DNA of 64,000 nucleotides. It comes from Epiperipatus broadwayi (lineage: Eukaryota > Animalia > Onychophora). A program made the position numbers and the translations under genes. Below are positions 13,442 to 25,140 of the stretch, in pieces (the stretch's first letter is position 1; every line of letters begins with the position of its first letter). The notes beneath the pieces are model-generated. The model was not told where the DNA came from. It did not search any database and was given only the letters and a program-made list of their open reading frames with translations. Location: positions 2,232,001-2,296,000 of the forward strand of contig JAQFVV010000006.1 in the NCBI GenBank assembly GCA_028023455.1. The letters are read 5' to 3'.

Positions 13442-13537
13442 CTTTTTTTAATGTGTCAAAGCGTCGGCCGGGAAGCGAACCCCGCGACAACTGCTTGTAA
13501 GGCAGCTGTGCTAACCACTCGGCCACCAACGCTTTAC
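13442..13537 (-). mobile_element. tRNA-derived mini-SINE, copy 3 (Gly-type body, TAC anticodon)
   Basis: GCGTTGGTGGCCGAGTGGTTAGCACAGCTGCCTTACAAGCAGTTGTCGCGGGGTTCGCTTCCCGGCCGACGC. The 7-bp acceptor stem is fully paired. TSD gagagaca(t/a)gc at 13431-13441 and 13538-13548. Confidence 0.85.
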
Positions 13538-13618
13538 GAGAGACAAGCATTTTTAGATCTTTTCCACTTCTATACTACGCTGGAGGATTTTACCAAATAA
13601 GTCTGCTTAAACAAATAA

Positions 13619-14198
13619 TCTTTGTCAATAAACATCACATGACCACCTCTTCTTATGCTTGTGTATAACTGTTGTTAAAACAGGCAAAACTCACTATATA
13701 TATTGCCACACACAGCAAGCTAGAGTAATCAATGGATGCCAGAAGGCTTGTGCATAAAATCCCCATCTAGTGCCTACTCATCCAATATCCTCAAACTAGT
13801 TTCTGGCTTATGGCCTTCGTCAGTGAGGAGCCTTGGATTTGAGAGCACTGCACCTAGATCTTAGGATCTAATGCAACCACTTTTTATCTCCATTTAACTA
13901 CAAAACTATGTGTCTTAAACTGAAAACACCTTAATGTTTTCAATCCAAGCCCATTAGCTTATATAATCATATAGCCACCACTATCCTATTATGCAGTATT
14001 GGTTTTAAGCCAATAAACATCACATGACCACCTCCTCTTATGCTTGTGTATAACTTGTTAAAACAGGCAAAACTCACTATATATATTGCCACACACAACA
14101 AGCTAGAGTAATCAAGGGATGCCAGAAGGCTTGTGCATAAAATCCCCATCTAGTGCCTGCCTACTCGTCCAATATCTCCAGACTAGTTTCTTTGTCAA
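13619..14198 (-). mobile_element. HHR repeat family 1: ~1.5 tandem units (385-bp period) with 10-bp TSD
   Basis: TSD tctttgtcaa at 13619-13628 and 14189-14198. The unit restarts at 13626 and 14011. HHR at 13788-13829 (-): TCCTCA-CTGACGA-A-GGC-cataa-GCC-A-GAAAC-TA-GTT-TGAGGA. Confidence 0.8.
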
Positions 14199-14745
14199 GC
14201 TGAAACTGTTCCTGATCCTTTTTCAACCTAACTCATTAGTGATTGATTACTTTCTCAAATAAAGGGTCACAAGTAATGAGTTTCACCTCCTAAATTTGCC
14301 CTTATTATTGCAGTCTTAATTTTTAAAAGCTTAAGCTAAAAAAAAAATGAATATGGAGATTACCGTCAGAATTGCTGAGTACATAACTAAAAGAAGGAGA
14401 TGTGATTGCACAACGTACAATCTCGCTGTCCCAATTAATAAAAGGAGATGGCTAATAGCACAAGAGGCTCACAGTGAATGAATTCCACTGCGAGGATTGA
14501 AGACCTATGGAAAAGAAGCAGAAAAGACAATATTAAAAATAGCATCTTATTATACCAGGCAGCATAAAGTATTCTTGCTTAGTTGCTGTTTATTATTTAT
14601 AATTAACTTTCACATCTGAAGGTCTTTTCACTGTCCATCATCGATGGAGTTTGTTAGAATCATGAGAACAAATTCCTAACATGAATGATGTCAGTTATAT
14701 ATATATATATAATACCCATTTAGCCTTGAGCATTATTACATGATA

Positions 14746-15110
14746 TCAGTTATATATATATATATAATACCCATTTAGCCTTGAGCATTATTACACTTAT
14801 TAAGTACTTTGGTTGCAATTTGAGAATTATAATTGCAGTTTGTGATGTTATCATTGACTAATTATTAGTCTGCATTCAAAATAGGCTATATTTATCTGTT
14901 TAAAGAGGTTTATTTAAACTTCTTTGTATCAATAATTTCAATAATCTGTGGTCAAGTTGTAATCTTTAGTGTCTATATAAATATATTAGGCCATAAATAA
15001 AGATGGGATTCCACCTTTATTGTTAAATGGAAGTTGCCTTGACAACAGTTGAAATTGTTGTTTGTTATTGATATTGAGATTGTCTAAGTATTGATTGGCT
15101 TTTAATGATA
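14746..15110 (-). repeat. Dispersed copy of the ~332-bp repeat family
   Basis: Reverse complement of 60680-61010. It is preceded by a ~57-bp local duplication containing (AT)n at 14685-14793. Confidence 0.8.
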
Positions 15111-15164
15111 TATATTTATATATTTTGTAACAATATGGAAAATAGAAGTTAATAAGAAAGAATT

Positions 15165-15280
15165 AGTCTTGCATTGGTGGTCGAGAGGTCAGCGCGACTG
15201 CCTTGCACTTGCAGGCAGTTGCCCGCGTTGCGGGTTCGCGTCCTGGCCGATGCTATGACACTTTTAAAAAAAATAATAAG
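15165..15280 (+). mobile_element. tRNA-derived mini-SINE, copy 4, with 11-bp TSD
   Basis: GCATTGG..CCGATGC acceptor stem is paired; B box GGTTCGCGTCC; extended anticodon hairpin ACTGCC-TTGCACTTGCA-GGCAGT. TSD aagaaagaatt at 15154-15164 and 15281-15291. Confidence 0.8.
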
Positions 15281-16132
15281 AAGAAAGAATTTAAGATTAC
15301 AATGTCTTACAATTGGTTAGCCATTTATAACAGTACACCACATTAGGGTTGAATTATGAGGAGATGGGAAATCGTCATCATCCCCAAATAAATAACATAT
15401 AAAATTGTGAAAGGAATGAGCATGAGAGATCAGCACAGAACTAACTACAAGTTTAAGAGCATTTTGTGCAAAGTAATAATCATTCATCATCATGAATGAT
15501 GAACAATAAAAATAAATTAACAGTGAATCTTGTGACTGGATTTAAAAGTAGTCCTCTATAAACCAGGTTAATTATTTAGTCACTGCCAGGTGCGACTCCA
15601 TTACAACAATAAGTTAAATACTGCTGAGATACTACAAACATCCTGACCATCATCAATGCTCTGGCTATTTAGTCCCATTAATATACTGGCCAACTGTAAA
15701 CTAAATTTCTAAAGAAATAATAAAATGAAATGTAATGCATGGATTTTAAAGGAGGTCCTTTTTTGCACCAACCTGGATTATCATCATCTGGATGTTCATA
15801 ACACTAAACATAAATCCCATTCTCCTTATAACTGTTATGCACACATCTAGCTCAGGAAACAAGAACTCTATAAACTATTACTGTGAGCAAAAGATAAATA
15901 AATAAATAAAGCAGCTTATTATAACTCACTTCAAATAATTCCTAGGTTTGCTCTATTATAAGTAAATAGTTTTATTGGGATCATTTAAAAAAATCCTAGA
16001 ACATTAAGCTGTCATGAAATCAAGTCACACACACTGCAATTTATGACAGCAATTGGATGATAATAATAAAGAAATATTTTAAAACAATTATTTAATAATT
16101 AATTGATTAACAATAAAAAAATGACATGATAA

Positions 16133-16222
16133 GTCAAGCTTAGTGGTTTAGTGGTTAGCATAGCTGCCTTCCAAGCAGCTGGCCTGGGTTCGCTTCCCGG
16201 TCTATGCATTTGACACATGAGA
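16133..16222 (+). mobile_element. tRNA-Gly(TCC)-like mini-SINE, copy 5 (retroposed tRNA pseudogene)
   Basis: Close to eukaryotic tRNA-Gly(TCC): GTGGTTAGCATAGCTGCCTTCCAAGCAG. The acceptor stem is broken and the T-loop is TTCGCTT. It shares the family GTCAAGC head and TGACAC tail. TSD aaaaaaatga(c/t)atgataa at 16115-16132 and 16223-16240. Confidence 0.8.
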
Positions 16223-17479
16223 AAAAAAATGATATGATAATATGAAATTTTAATTAAACCTTCATTTCAAAAAATATATCTTCATAAAAATTATATTAAA
16301 CAATCAGTTGGTTTCTATTCATAAATTAACTTTTAATTCATTGCAATCTATAATGTAAGCCTCTAACAGCAAGAATCTATTTTAACATTTGATGGTAGAA
16401 ATTTTAATTGAAAAAACTATGATTTATTATTTTTGACTAAAATATATAGATGTTACAAGCTACTGGTAGTTATAAGAAGTCAATAATGTTATTTGTGATT
16501 ATAAGCAATAACAGAGTTTTTCTTTTTACTATGCTGAGGTAAAAGTTTATCTTTTTGTAAAATTATTAAATAATTGTTTATAAATAAGTATGTGACATTT
16601 GTATTTAAATTTTGTTTGAAATAGTAATTTTAACAGAAATTTAGTCACTAACACAAACAAGAAATGAAATGGATATACTTCCTGTCAATAATTTTTGTGT
16701 ATGTGTTTTATAATTATAAGTCAAATCCTAATATTTAAAGAGAGATTTTATTTTTAAGATTTTTGCTATTGAATGTAGGTTTTAAGAAAATCTATAGAAA
16801 ATGGAAACTTAAAATAAATAAAAAAATATTTTTTTTTTATTTGTTAAAATTACAACTAAAGAAAAATCTGAAAATAAAAGGCAATATATATATATATAGA
16901 TATGATAAACAAAAGCAACAATGAGATAATTAAATCATTTTTATATTATATATATATATATAAATAAATAATTAGGCAGCATTTTTGTTTTTAAAAACAA
17001 CAAACAAATAATTTGTACTAGTTTAAATGTAACATGTATTTAATTCTTTATCAGGTTGACATTTTCTATTGTTTTGCCTGGTGAAAGTTTTTGGTAATAT
17101 TCAATCTTTGCTTTTAATATAAAATCTTTATTTTATATTAAAATTTAGTAAATTTGATTTTATTTCTTAGCAATTTAAATTTACAAATGAGAATTCTAAA
17201 AAGCCATATTTGAGAATTGCAATTATTGAAAAAATGAATATGTATTAAGAACATAAGGGTTGTTTTATTATTGCATGATAGGAAAAATAGAAATCAAGGG
17301 GACAACTTCAGGAAAGAAAAATGAAATCTTTGTTGACTAAAATTTATTTTTAAAGTGAGAATGAATTAATGTGTAACCTTGATGTGCCTATGGAATTTTG
17401 TTAAGAAACATTAAAAACTGTACTTAGAATTTTTTAGAATATCTCAGAAGATCCTTCCACGATGTCAATAAACTCACAA

Positions 17480-17720
17480 TGATTGGTTTCACAAAGCCAG
17501 TAAGCTCTCAGTGATTGGTTGCACAAAGACAATAGGCTTTCAGTGATTGGTTTCACAAAGCCTGGAATCTGAGTGATTTTTTTCACAAAATCAGTAGGCT
17601 CTAAGTGATTGATTTTACAAAGCCAGTAAGCTCTCAGTGATGGGTTTCCCAAAGCCAGTAATATCTCATTGATATGTTGCACAAAGACCGTAAGCTGCCA
17701 TTGATTGGTTTCACAAAGCC
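17480..17720. repeat. 32-bp minisatellite, ~8 units
   Basis: Consensus tgattggtttcacaaagccagtaagctctcag; units start at 17480, 17512, 17544, 17574, 17606, 17638, 17670 and 17702. Confidence 0.9.
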
Positions 17721-19149
17721 ATGGCCATCATACCATCTGTGATTTTCTTTGTTAATATTTCAGTCAAATTTATTAACTTCTATTTTTAAAAATAAAGTAT
17801 ACACAAATGAAGTCAAGGTGTATTCATGTATTCTTTTTATTTTGAATAATTATTATATAAAATATCCAAAAAAACACGTTTTTTATTATTCCAAAATTTT
17901 CTTGAAGTAATCTCATGAACTGAAGAATAAATAACTAAAACCATCTAATATGAGGGTGCCAGGCTAAATATACATGTGATCTTTATTGATTATTGGAAAA
18001 TATTGACTTCTTCAGATTTTTAAACTAATAAATCAATATCCATTAGTTTGCAGTTCACCATTTTTAAAAAACCTGTGGTAATATCAGTACTGATAGATGA
18101 ACAACAGCCATTTAAAGTGGAAGAACTACCACTGCCAGCTGTAAAATATCGAACATGTAGTACATTGGGTCTCATAATTATAGGATTAATGTTCTTGTAT
18201 TTTTTTTAAATGAATGATTTAACAGAATAACAATCTCGTCTGTTGTAGTGATTTGAAAATGATGATCATAAAATGTAAACTTAAATGTTTTTATAGTGGG
18301 TTGTTTTTTTTTTTATTAAAGAGGTATGTAATAAAATGTCTACTTCTTCTATTACAACATTTTTTCCACTTTTAAAGTTTATTTTTCATTGAATATTTGA
18401 ATCTGTGATGATGAGATAAATGTTTTTTATGCAAGTTTCTGGGTTTCTGATTTGTTTTGGAAACCAATTTCCTTTCTGTGTCTCAACTGTTCAACAGGTT
18501 GACATTTCTGTTGTTGATTCTGGTGGTCAATTTTGAAAATGTTTCACATTTGATTTTATTATTTACACTTCTACTTTATATTAGAATCCAATTAATTGAA
18601 CTTTATTTGTTAGAAATATATATATATGAAATGAGAATATTTTTTTAGTGGATGATTATTTCAACACCAATGGAAGAAATAAATTAATAATTAATGAAAT
18701 CTTTGTTCTTCGAACTTCATTTGTAAAATGCAAAGAAATTAATGTTAAGTTATTATAAATCTAGAAATACTGTTTCAAAATTTAAAATTGTAATTATAAT
18801 TACAAAAATATCAAACATTTCACACTATTGCTGTATTTAGCAAACTGTTATAGACCATAGCATCCTTTTAATGTTATGACAAATGTATTCAACTAAAATC
18901 AGTGTAATTGTGAATATATTTGTATTTAAACAGTTATTGCCCAAATATTCTGTAAAAATAATTATAAATATTAATAAGCTATGGAAAATATATATTTTTA
19001 TTGTCAGTGCAATAATGGAAGAGGAGTTTATAAATGTATGTGTATCAAAGAATCTATCAATCAGTGACCTTATAGGCACAATGCAGATTCTCTATAATTT
19101 TTTTTTTTCAGCTTTAAACTTTTAATATCTTTAGGGTTTTTTTTAACTA

Positions 19150-19725
19150 ATAAATTATATTTCAGATCCTGTTTCCGTCTTCAAAATAAACATTAAACTC
19201 TCAAAATAGAGCTATGGTTATCCATACGAGAGCATCATTTCCAAAGTATTTTGTATGTATTAATAAATTAGTTAAAAACAATATTTGTATAAATATAAGT
19301 TAGTTATATCTAAAAATAAATTACATTGCATTCTTATTATTTCACTTATGGAGGAACTCATGCTTCTATCACCACTAGAGTCTCGCAGCATCACTATTTA
19401 TGTAACAGAGCATGAATCAAGTCTGAGTGTACCTTGATATTTTTGGAGCATCAGAGGTCAACTGGCCATGTATTCAAACCCACTTCAGCAGGATATTGTG
19501 CACTGAATGCCAAGATACTAAACATAAGATAAAAGAGGCATCCTTTATAGTGGATGATCCCAGTGCTATCAACAGGAAGGAATGATGCTTTTCCATTTCT
19601 AAAAAATGGGCAGTGTAAATTGCAAAAAATTTGCATACACCTAAATTATGTATACTTTTAACCCACACATCCATCACACGCTATGAATATGGGAACGAGA
19701 CATTCCCAAAAGCACTTAGCATTTA
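19150..19725 (+). mobile_element. Penelope-like retroelement 3' remnant (GIY-YIG endonuclease pseudogene plus variant HHR)
   Basis: Translation across stops and frameshifts gives TYGGTHASITTRVSQH..EHQRSTGHVF..KIKEASFI..PSAINRKE..SISKKW, matching the PLE GIY-YIG pattern. HHR-like motif at ~19679-19722. Confidence 0.65.
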
Positions 19726-21018
19726 TATTTTGTTTTTTTCTTTTATTGTAGCTTCATGTAGATGCATTTTAGCGCAATATAAACATTAAAGAAGATTCCT
19801 ATCCCAAAGTGATTTAGATTGCTTTATAAAACAATATAAAGAAAATATTCATTTTTTGATTGTGTATCTATTGTGAAACCAATGTTACAATTTTTTTAAA
19901 ATTATGATTAACTGTCATTTTCAGAATGAAGTTAGTCAGGAAACATTAACCACAGTTTATACACTATGAAAATTGGTAAGTACATTGCAATTATCCTTTG
20001 ACGACATGGTTTCCTGTGATTGTCTGAAATCTACAAGTGTAACATTTTTGGAATGTGCCCATGTTGGTTAATCTACACTATTGCAATTACAATATTCTTC
20101 CTTTGTAATGAGTTCAGTATCCATACAATATATTTTGACCATATGAATCTATTGTTATCTTTGCTTTTAAATATTGTGCCATGTGTAGTTTAACAAACTG
20201 GTGATAATGACATGGTAACAAATTAAATGGTTTCTGAATTGTGTTTCAACTGTATACCTGAATGTCATTTTAGCTCTTTATTACATGATTATTTTGTAAG
20301 GCCCTTTTTATATATTTTTTGTCATTAGTGTTTTGGATATAATTTGCTCTAGTTAAATTATTATAGAACTATTTAACATGCTTGAGTGATGAATGATCTT
20401 GTATCACATTTGTATTACACTATAAGCAAGTTGTATTAGTTTTACAAACTTGATATCATTTTATGTATTAGCTTAGTACTGTAAAACAATTGATAAAAGC
20501 CATTTTCTAGATCCTATTTTAAAGATGGTTATGGAGCAGTACCATCTCAGCAATCATTGATTTAAAAAAACAACTTACAAATAGATGGCTTCTGAATAGT
20601 ATAAATAGTGACTTGCTATTCTTTAAAATGCCCTATTTGTTGCACAAGCAGTAAAAGTCACATGGTATCTTGTGGATATGTATGATTTTTTGGATATTTG
20701 TTTGGATGAAATCTCTGGTATTTTCAAATCATGATTAGTAATACATTTTTAGTCGCCTTAAGATTTCGCTAGACTTCTGTTTATTATTATCAGAATCTTT
20801 GATATGACTTGGTTATAGTTTAAAATAAGTTTTATCTATGTTAATTTCACTACCATCATATACGATTTATCATAAGTTTGGGGAATCAATTAATACCAGG
20901 TAGTATTGTGCTGTAATCTCAGTCCAAACTGACTTTTTCTGGTTTCTATTGTCATCATTTAAGACTAGTATTCTAAGCTGGAAGTAATGGCCTTAGGCTC
21001 TTGGAAGCTTTTGGGTAA

Positions 21019-21385
21019 GCCATTTAAGGGTTGGTTTTAAGCCAATAAACATTACATGACCACCACCTCTTATGCTTGTGTATAACTGTTGTTAAAACAG
21101 GCAAAACTCACTATACGTATTGCCACACACAGCAAGCTAGAGAAATCAATGGATGCCAGAAGGCTTGTGCATAAAATCTCCATCTTAGGATCCTAAGATC
21201 TAGGTGCAGTGCTCTCAGATCCAAGGCTCCTCACTGATGAAGGCCACAATACAGAAACTAGTGTGGGGATATTGGATGAGTTGGTACTAGATGGGGATTT
21301 TATGCCCAAGCCATCTGGCATCCATTGATTACTCTAGCTTGCTGTGTGTGGCAATACATATAGTGAGTTTTGCCATTTAAGGGTT
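21019..21385. mobile_element. HHR repeat family 1: fold-back plus ~68-bp tail, 14-bp TSD
   Basis: TSD gccatttaagggtt at 21019-21032 and 21372-21385. The arms start ggcaaaactcactata. The HHR at 21228-21269 (+) has a broken stem II and GTG at the cleavage site. Confidence 0.85.
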
Positions 21386-21932
21386 CATATGATGTTGTGT
21401 TACTAACCTTTCTAACCGAAGGATAAAAGTGACTTGCAGCTGTTATAGAGCTAAGTCTCTAAAATGATATAAGAAATGTGCTTCATGTAAGATTTATATA
21501 GCTGTGCATGCAAATTAGCTCATTTGGATCGTAAGATTTTTTTACAAATTTTATTAGCTTGTATAGCATAAAGGAATTGAAGATTGCTGTTAGATGCATG
21601 AATGGATCTTTGATTCCCAATCTTCATTGAAGATTGCCAATTGGAGATGATGATATTTTATAACAAAATACTATTTAATGTCTTTTGCTCAGCATGGTTT
21701 GGTACAGTTGATAAAGTGTCCAATTTGGGATTGGGAGAGTTTGGAATCGAACCTGCCATCGAGCTTCTTACGAGCTTCCAAGCAATAAAGCTATTAGCCT
21801 TTTTTTTTAATGTTTATTGATTACTCAAGCATGTAATATATGACTGTATAGTAGGTTGGGGATAAGTAATCTATTTCAGTACCTAAAAGGGTTTTTTAAT
21901 GCAAGAAGGCATCATATATCATAAAATTTAAT

Positions 21933-22286
21933 TTGAAAGCCTTGCCAACGAATCATTTTTTGGTAAATCATAGAAATTTCTCAAAAATAGAACCACTATG
22001 TAGCTTATGTAAAGTGGCAGATGAAACTATTGAACATATTTTTACTGCTTGCCCATTTTTGAGTCCTGCTAGACAAAATATCATAACCAGAGTACTACCA
22101 GCTAACATGGAAATTCTAAGAATCAGGGATGCTATAAAGAGTGGTGTCTTTGCTGCAATTAGAATGTTCCTGCTTCATGCCATGTGGTTAATGGGGAATT
22201 ATTTTGTTTTTAAACGAGGAAATAAAGAACCATGGGGGTGTGTAAAAAATTTATTCGAAGGACTATGTTTAGGGATCGCTTATTAA
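21933..22286 (+). pseudogene. LINE (L1/Tx1-like) C-terminal zinc-knuckle (zf-RVT) remnant
   Basis: LPTNHFL..CSLCKVADETIEHIFTAC..MWLMGNYFVF matches the LPT..CxxC..ETxxHxFxxC..WxxRN pattern. Confidence 0.65.
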
Positions 22287-23164
22287 CCCTGGAAAAGCTC
22301 TTCCTGGATACTTGGGGGCAACGTAGGCCACTGGATGAAGAGCCTATCCTCAGGCATGCTAATTAAGAATTAATTCAAGATTAAAAAATGGTCCAGTTAG
22401 ATGGAGAATGACAGAGGATCACTGCCAATCAAAATATGGACTGCACAATGATCACTGGCTAAGTCACTAAATGAATTGCCAGTTGTTCTGATATAAAACT
22501 AGTACACAATAATTATAGACTAAGTTTGAACGATGAGCTTCTTGCTTTGATCATAAAATTAATTTGTCATAATAATAACTAATGTATCAAACGGATATAT
22601 TTTCCAATTTGGAAAATTATTTACTAATGATTGTTATAATATGTGTAACAAATCCAAACAAATGTATACCAACAAGATACGTGTATTTTCCTTAATAAAA
22701 AAAAAAATAAATCTATTGTGATATTTTGATAGTTTTGTTTTAATGATAATTGTTAAGGTTGCTTCAATATTTGCTTTGACGTCTCTATGGAAAATGATAA
22801 TGAAGACGTTGTAAATTCTATTTTTCATTTTTTCAAATACTTCTGGGTCATATTTTTTTTGTGAAATCAAAATCTTCTGTTAGTTTAATTCCCAAATGTC
22901 AGTTATTATCAATCTTCATGTTCAGGTTTTTTTTTTAAAAATATCTAAACTGCTTCAGTCTAAATATCTTCATTAAGAAATAATAGAATATATGGCATAT
23001 TTGTTAATCAAAATTAGAATCACGTCAGCGAAAGAATAATTGAAATGTGAAAAGATAAATTATTCGTTATAATAATAAAAATAGGTTTTTCTAAAAGTGG
23101 TTATACTTAAGTAAGACTTGTTTTAATGATTTACTTTTTTTAGTCAGTGATGTAAATGTGAGTA

Positions 23165-23826
23165 TATTTATTATTAAGAAACCTAGAGAGAGATGGCATG
23201 TGAGATGGATGGATGGATGGATGGATAAGATAAGGAAAGCGTTCTAGATATTATCAGATAAATTGCCTCAAATTTTCTGAGGTTTCCATCTTGCTAAGAA
23301 TTGATAATATAATAGTTAAGAAGGAATAATATATATATAAAATAAATAAAATATCCGTTAATTAAAAACAAAATTGTAATTATAATTGAAATAATATTTT
23401 TAACTGTTTACAAACAATTACAAACAATCCTTAAATCCGCAGAAGTACTTTCGGTTACTTTCTAACCTGCAGGTTAGAAAGTAACCGAAAGTACTTCAAT
23501 TATAATTATATATATATATTAAAAAGACCTAGAAAGAGATGATATGCTAAATGGATAGATAAGATAAGGAAATCATTTTGGATAAAAGAATATGCATAAC
23601 ATAAACTACCATCAAATTCTGAGAAATCTTCAACGCAATGAATTGATAATATTTGAGAATAAGTGAATGGCATAAATGTGAGCATATTTTTATTAAGGGA
23701 TTTAGAAAATGATCACATAAAAGATGGTGGATGATATAAGGAAAAATGTTTTGTTTATGAAAAGCTATGTATCAGATAAACTACGCCAAATTTGGGAGAA
23801 GTCTTCATCCTGCAATGAATTGATTT
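23165..23826 (+). mobile_element. Three tandem decayed RTE 3'-end fragments
   Basis: ~23165-23310, ~23517-23652 and ~23675-23826 share tatta..gacctaga..gatgg..gataaggaaa..caaatt..gaattgat. The third reads LGEVFILQ*. Confidence 0.55.
23442..23497. repeat. Perfect 56-bp palindrome with no spacer
   Basis: gaagtactttcggttactttctaacctgcaggttagaaagtaaccgaaagtacttc is identical to its own reverse complement. Confidence 0.95.
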
Positions 23827-24309
23827 GAAATTTATATTTATCATTGCATTTACTTGTATAGTTTAATGAAATAGTACACTTTTTTGTGCTAGACATTGGT
23901 CAGAAATAAAGAGTAATTTACTAATTTCCTTAGTAGTGTTAAATAGTGGCATATCTAAGACTGCTCACCAAAACAATACTGCAAAAGATATATGTATTTC
24001 AACAAAACCAAACTACTTATTCATCAAATCTGAGGTTGCAGACACAATCCTTGCAATAAAACCAATAGGTGTGACATTATATAAGTAGTCTACAAATATA
24101 CTTTCCATCAGATTTTATTTTTATTACTATTTATGTAAATTCATTGAAAGTGAGTGCCACAAAAGAAAAATGTTTCACTCATGTATCTGATTACTGTTGT
24201 TATTTTTTACCTTTATCTCATATTTTGTCAGTGGTATCACTTATAATGGGGGATATCTTGAATTATCAGTTTTTCAATGTTAGTTAGCCTTATTGCGTTC
24301 ATGTTATGG

Positions 24310-24625
24310 GAGATAAAATTTAAGCCAATAAACATCACATGACCACCACCTCTTATGCTTGTGTATAACTGTTGTTAAAACAGGCAAAACTCACTATACG
24401 TATTGCCACACACAGCAAGCTAGAATAATCAATGGATGCCAGAAGGCTTGTACATAAAATCCCCATCTAGTGCCTACTCATCCAATATTCCCAGACTAGT
24501 TTCTGGCTTGTGGCCTTCGTCGGTGAGATGGGGATTTTATGCCCAAGCCTTCTGGCATCCTTTGATTACTCTAGCTTGCTGTGTGTGGCAATATGTATAG
24601 TGAGTTTTGCCCGAGATAAAATTTA
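24310..24625. mobile_element. HHR repeat family 1: fold-back plus tail, 13-bp TSD
   Basis: TSD gagataaaattta at 24310-24322 and 24613-24625. HHR at 24488-24527 (-) with core CCGACGA and GAAAC-TA-GTC. Confidence 0.85.
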
Positions 24626-25014
24626 CCCAATGCTAACTGTGAAAATAAAATTTTCTCACTACAGATGCAAACCAAGACTGATTGAAATGGACATAATGTA
24701 ATATTAGCAATTATTAAAAATGAATACTTAGTGAATCTGTCATGGGAATATTGAATCTTTTAATAAGGCTTTATTTACATCTACAGTGAATAATTCCTGT
24801 TCACATTGGGGCAGCGGTAGAACATCCATCTTGGAATTGACCGGTCACAGGATCTGGTACTCACAGTTTTCGTTGTCAAACTTCTTATGAACTCTCAAAG
24901 AATAAAGCCATATGTGATGGTTTTTTTTTACAGTGAATAAAACTTTTTAATATTAATATCATCTATGATCTTTATTACTTTTACAATGCTTTTTTTTTTC
25001 CAACCTAATATGAC

Positions 25015-25140
25015 AGTTTCGAATTCCTATGTTAATACTGTTAATCATCTGTCCAGCAACGCCTGAAGAAGAGAGGAAAATAATACCACTTGAGGCATTG
25101 TGTATATAATACAATCATTGAATGTATTTGAAAACTTTAA
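25015..25140 (+). mobile_element. tRNA-head/HHR SINE family 2, decayed partial copy
   Basis: B-box GTTTCGAATTCC followed by ccagcaacgcCTGAAGAAGAGAGGaaaataataCCACTTGAGGCattgtGTA, homologous to 53791-53845. Confidence 0.55.

Noticed and set aside
15030-15065. HHR in the 332-bp family (TTGACAA..GAAAT or TTGATAC..TAAAC)
   Set aside because: Stem I or II cannot form in the first, and essential A9/G12 are absent in all copies of the second.
16137-16208. Functional tRNA-Gly(TCC) gene
   Set aside because: The acceptor stem is disrupted, A58 is changed, and the SINE head, tail and an 18-bp TSD are present.
18070-18210. Possible DEG/ENaC-like exon (KPVVISV..ELPLPAV..C)
   Set aside because: It only loosely resembles FPAVTIC, and there are no supporting neighbouring exons or clear splice sites.
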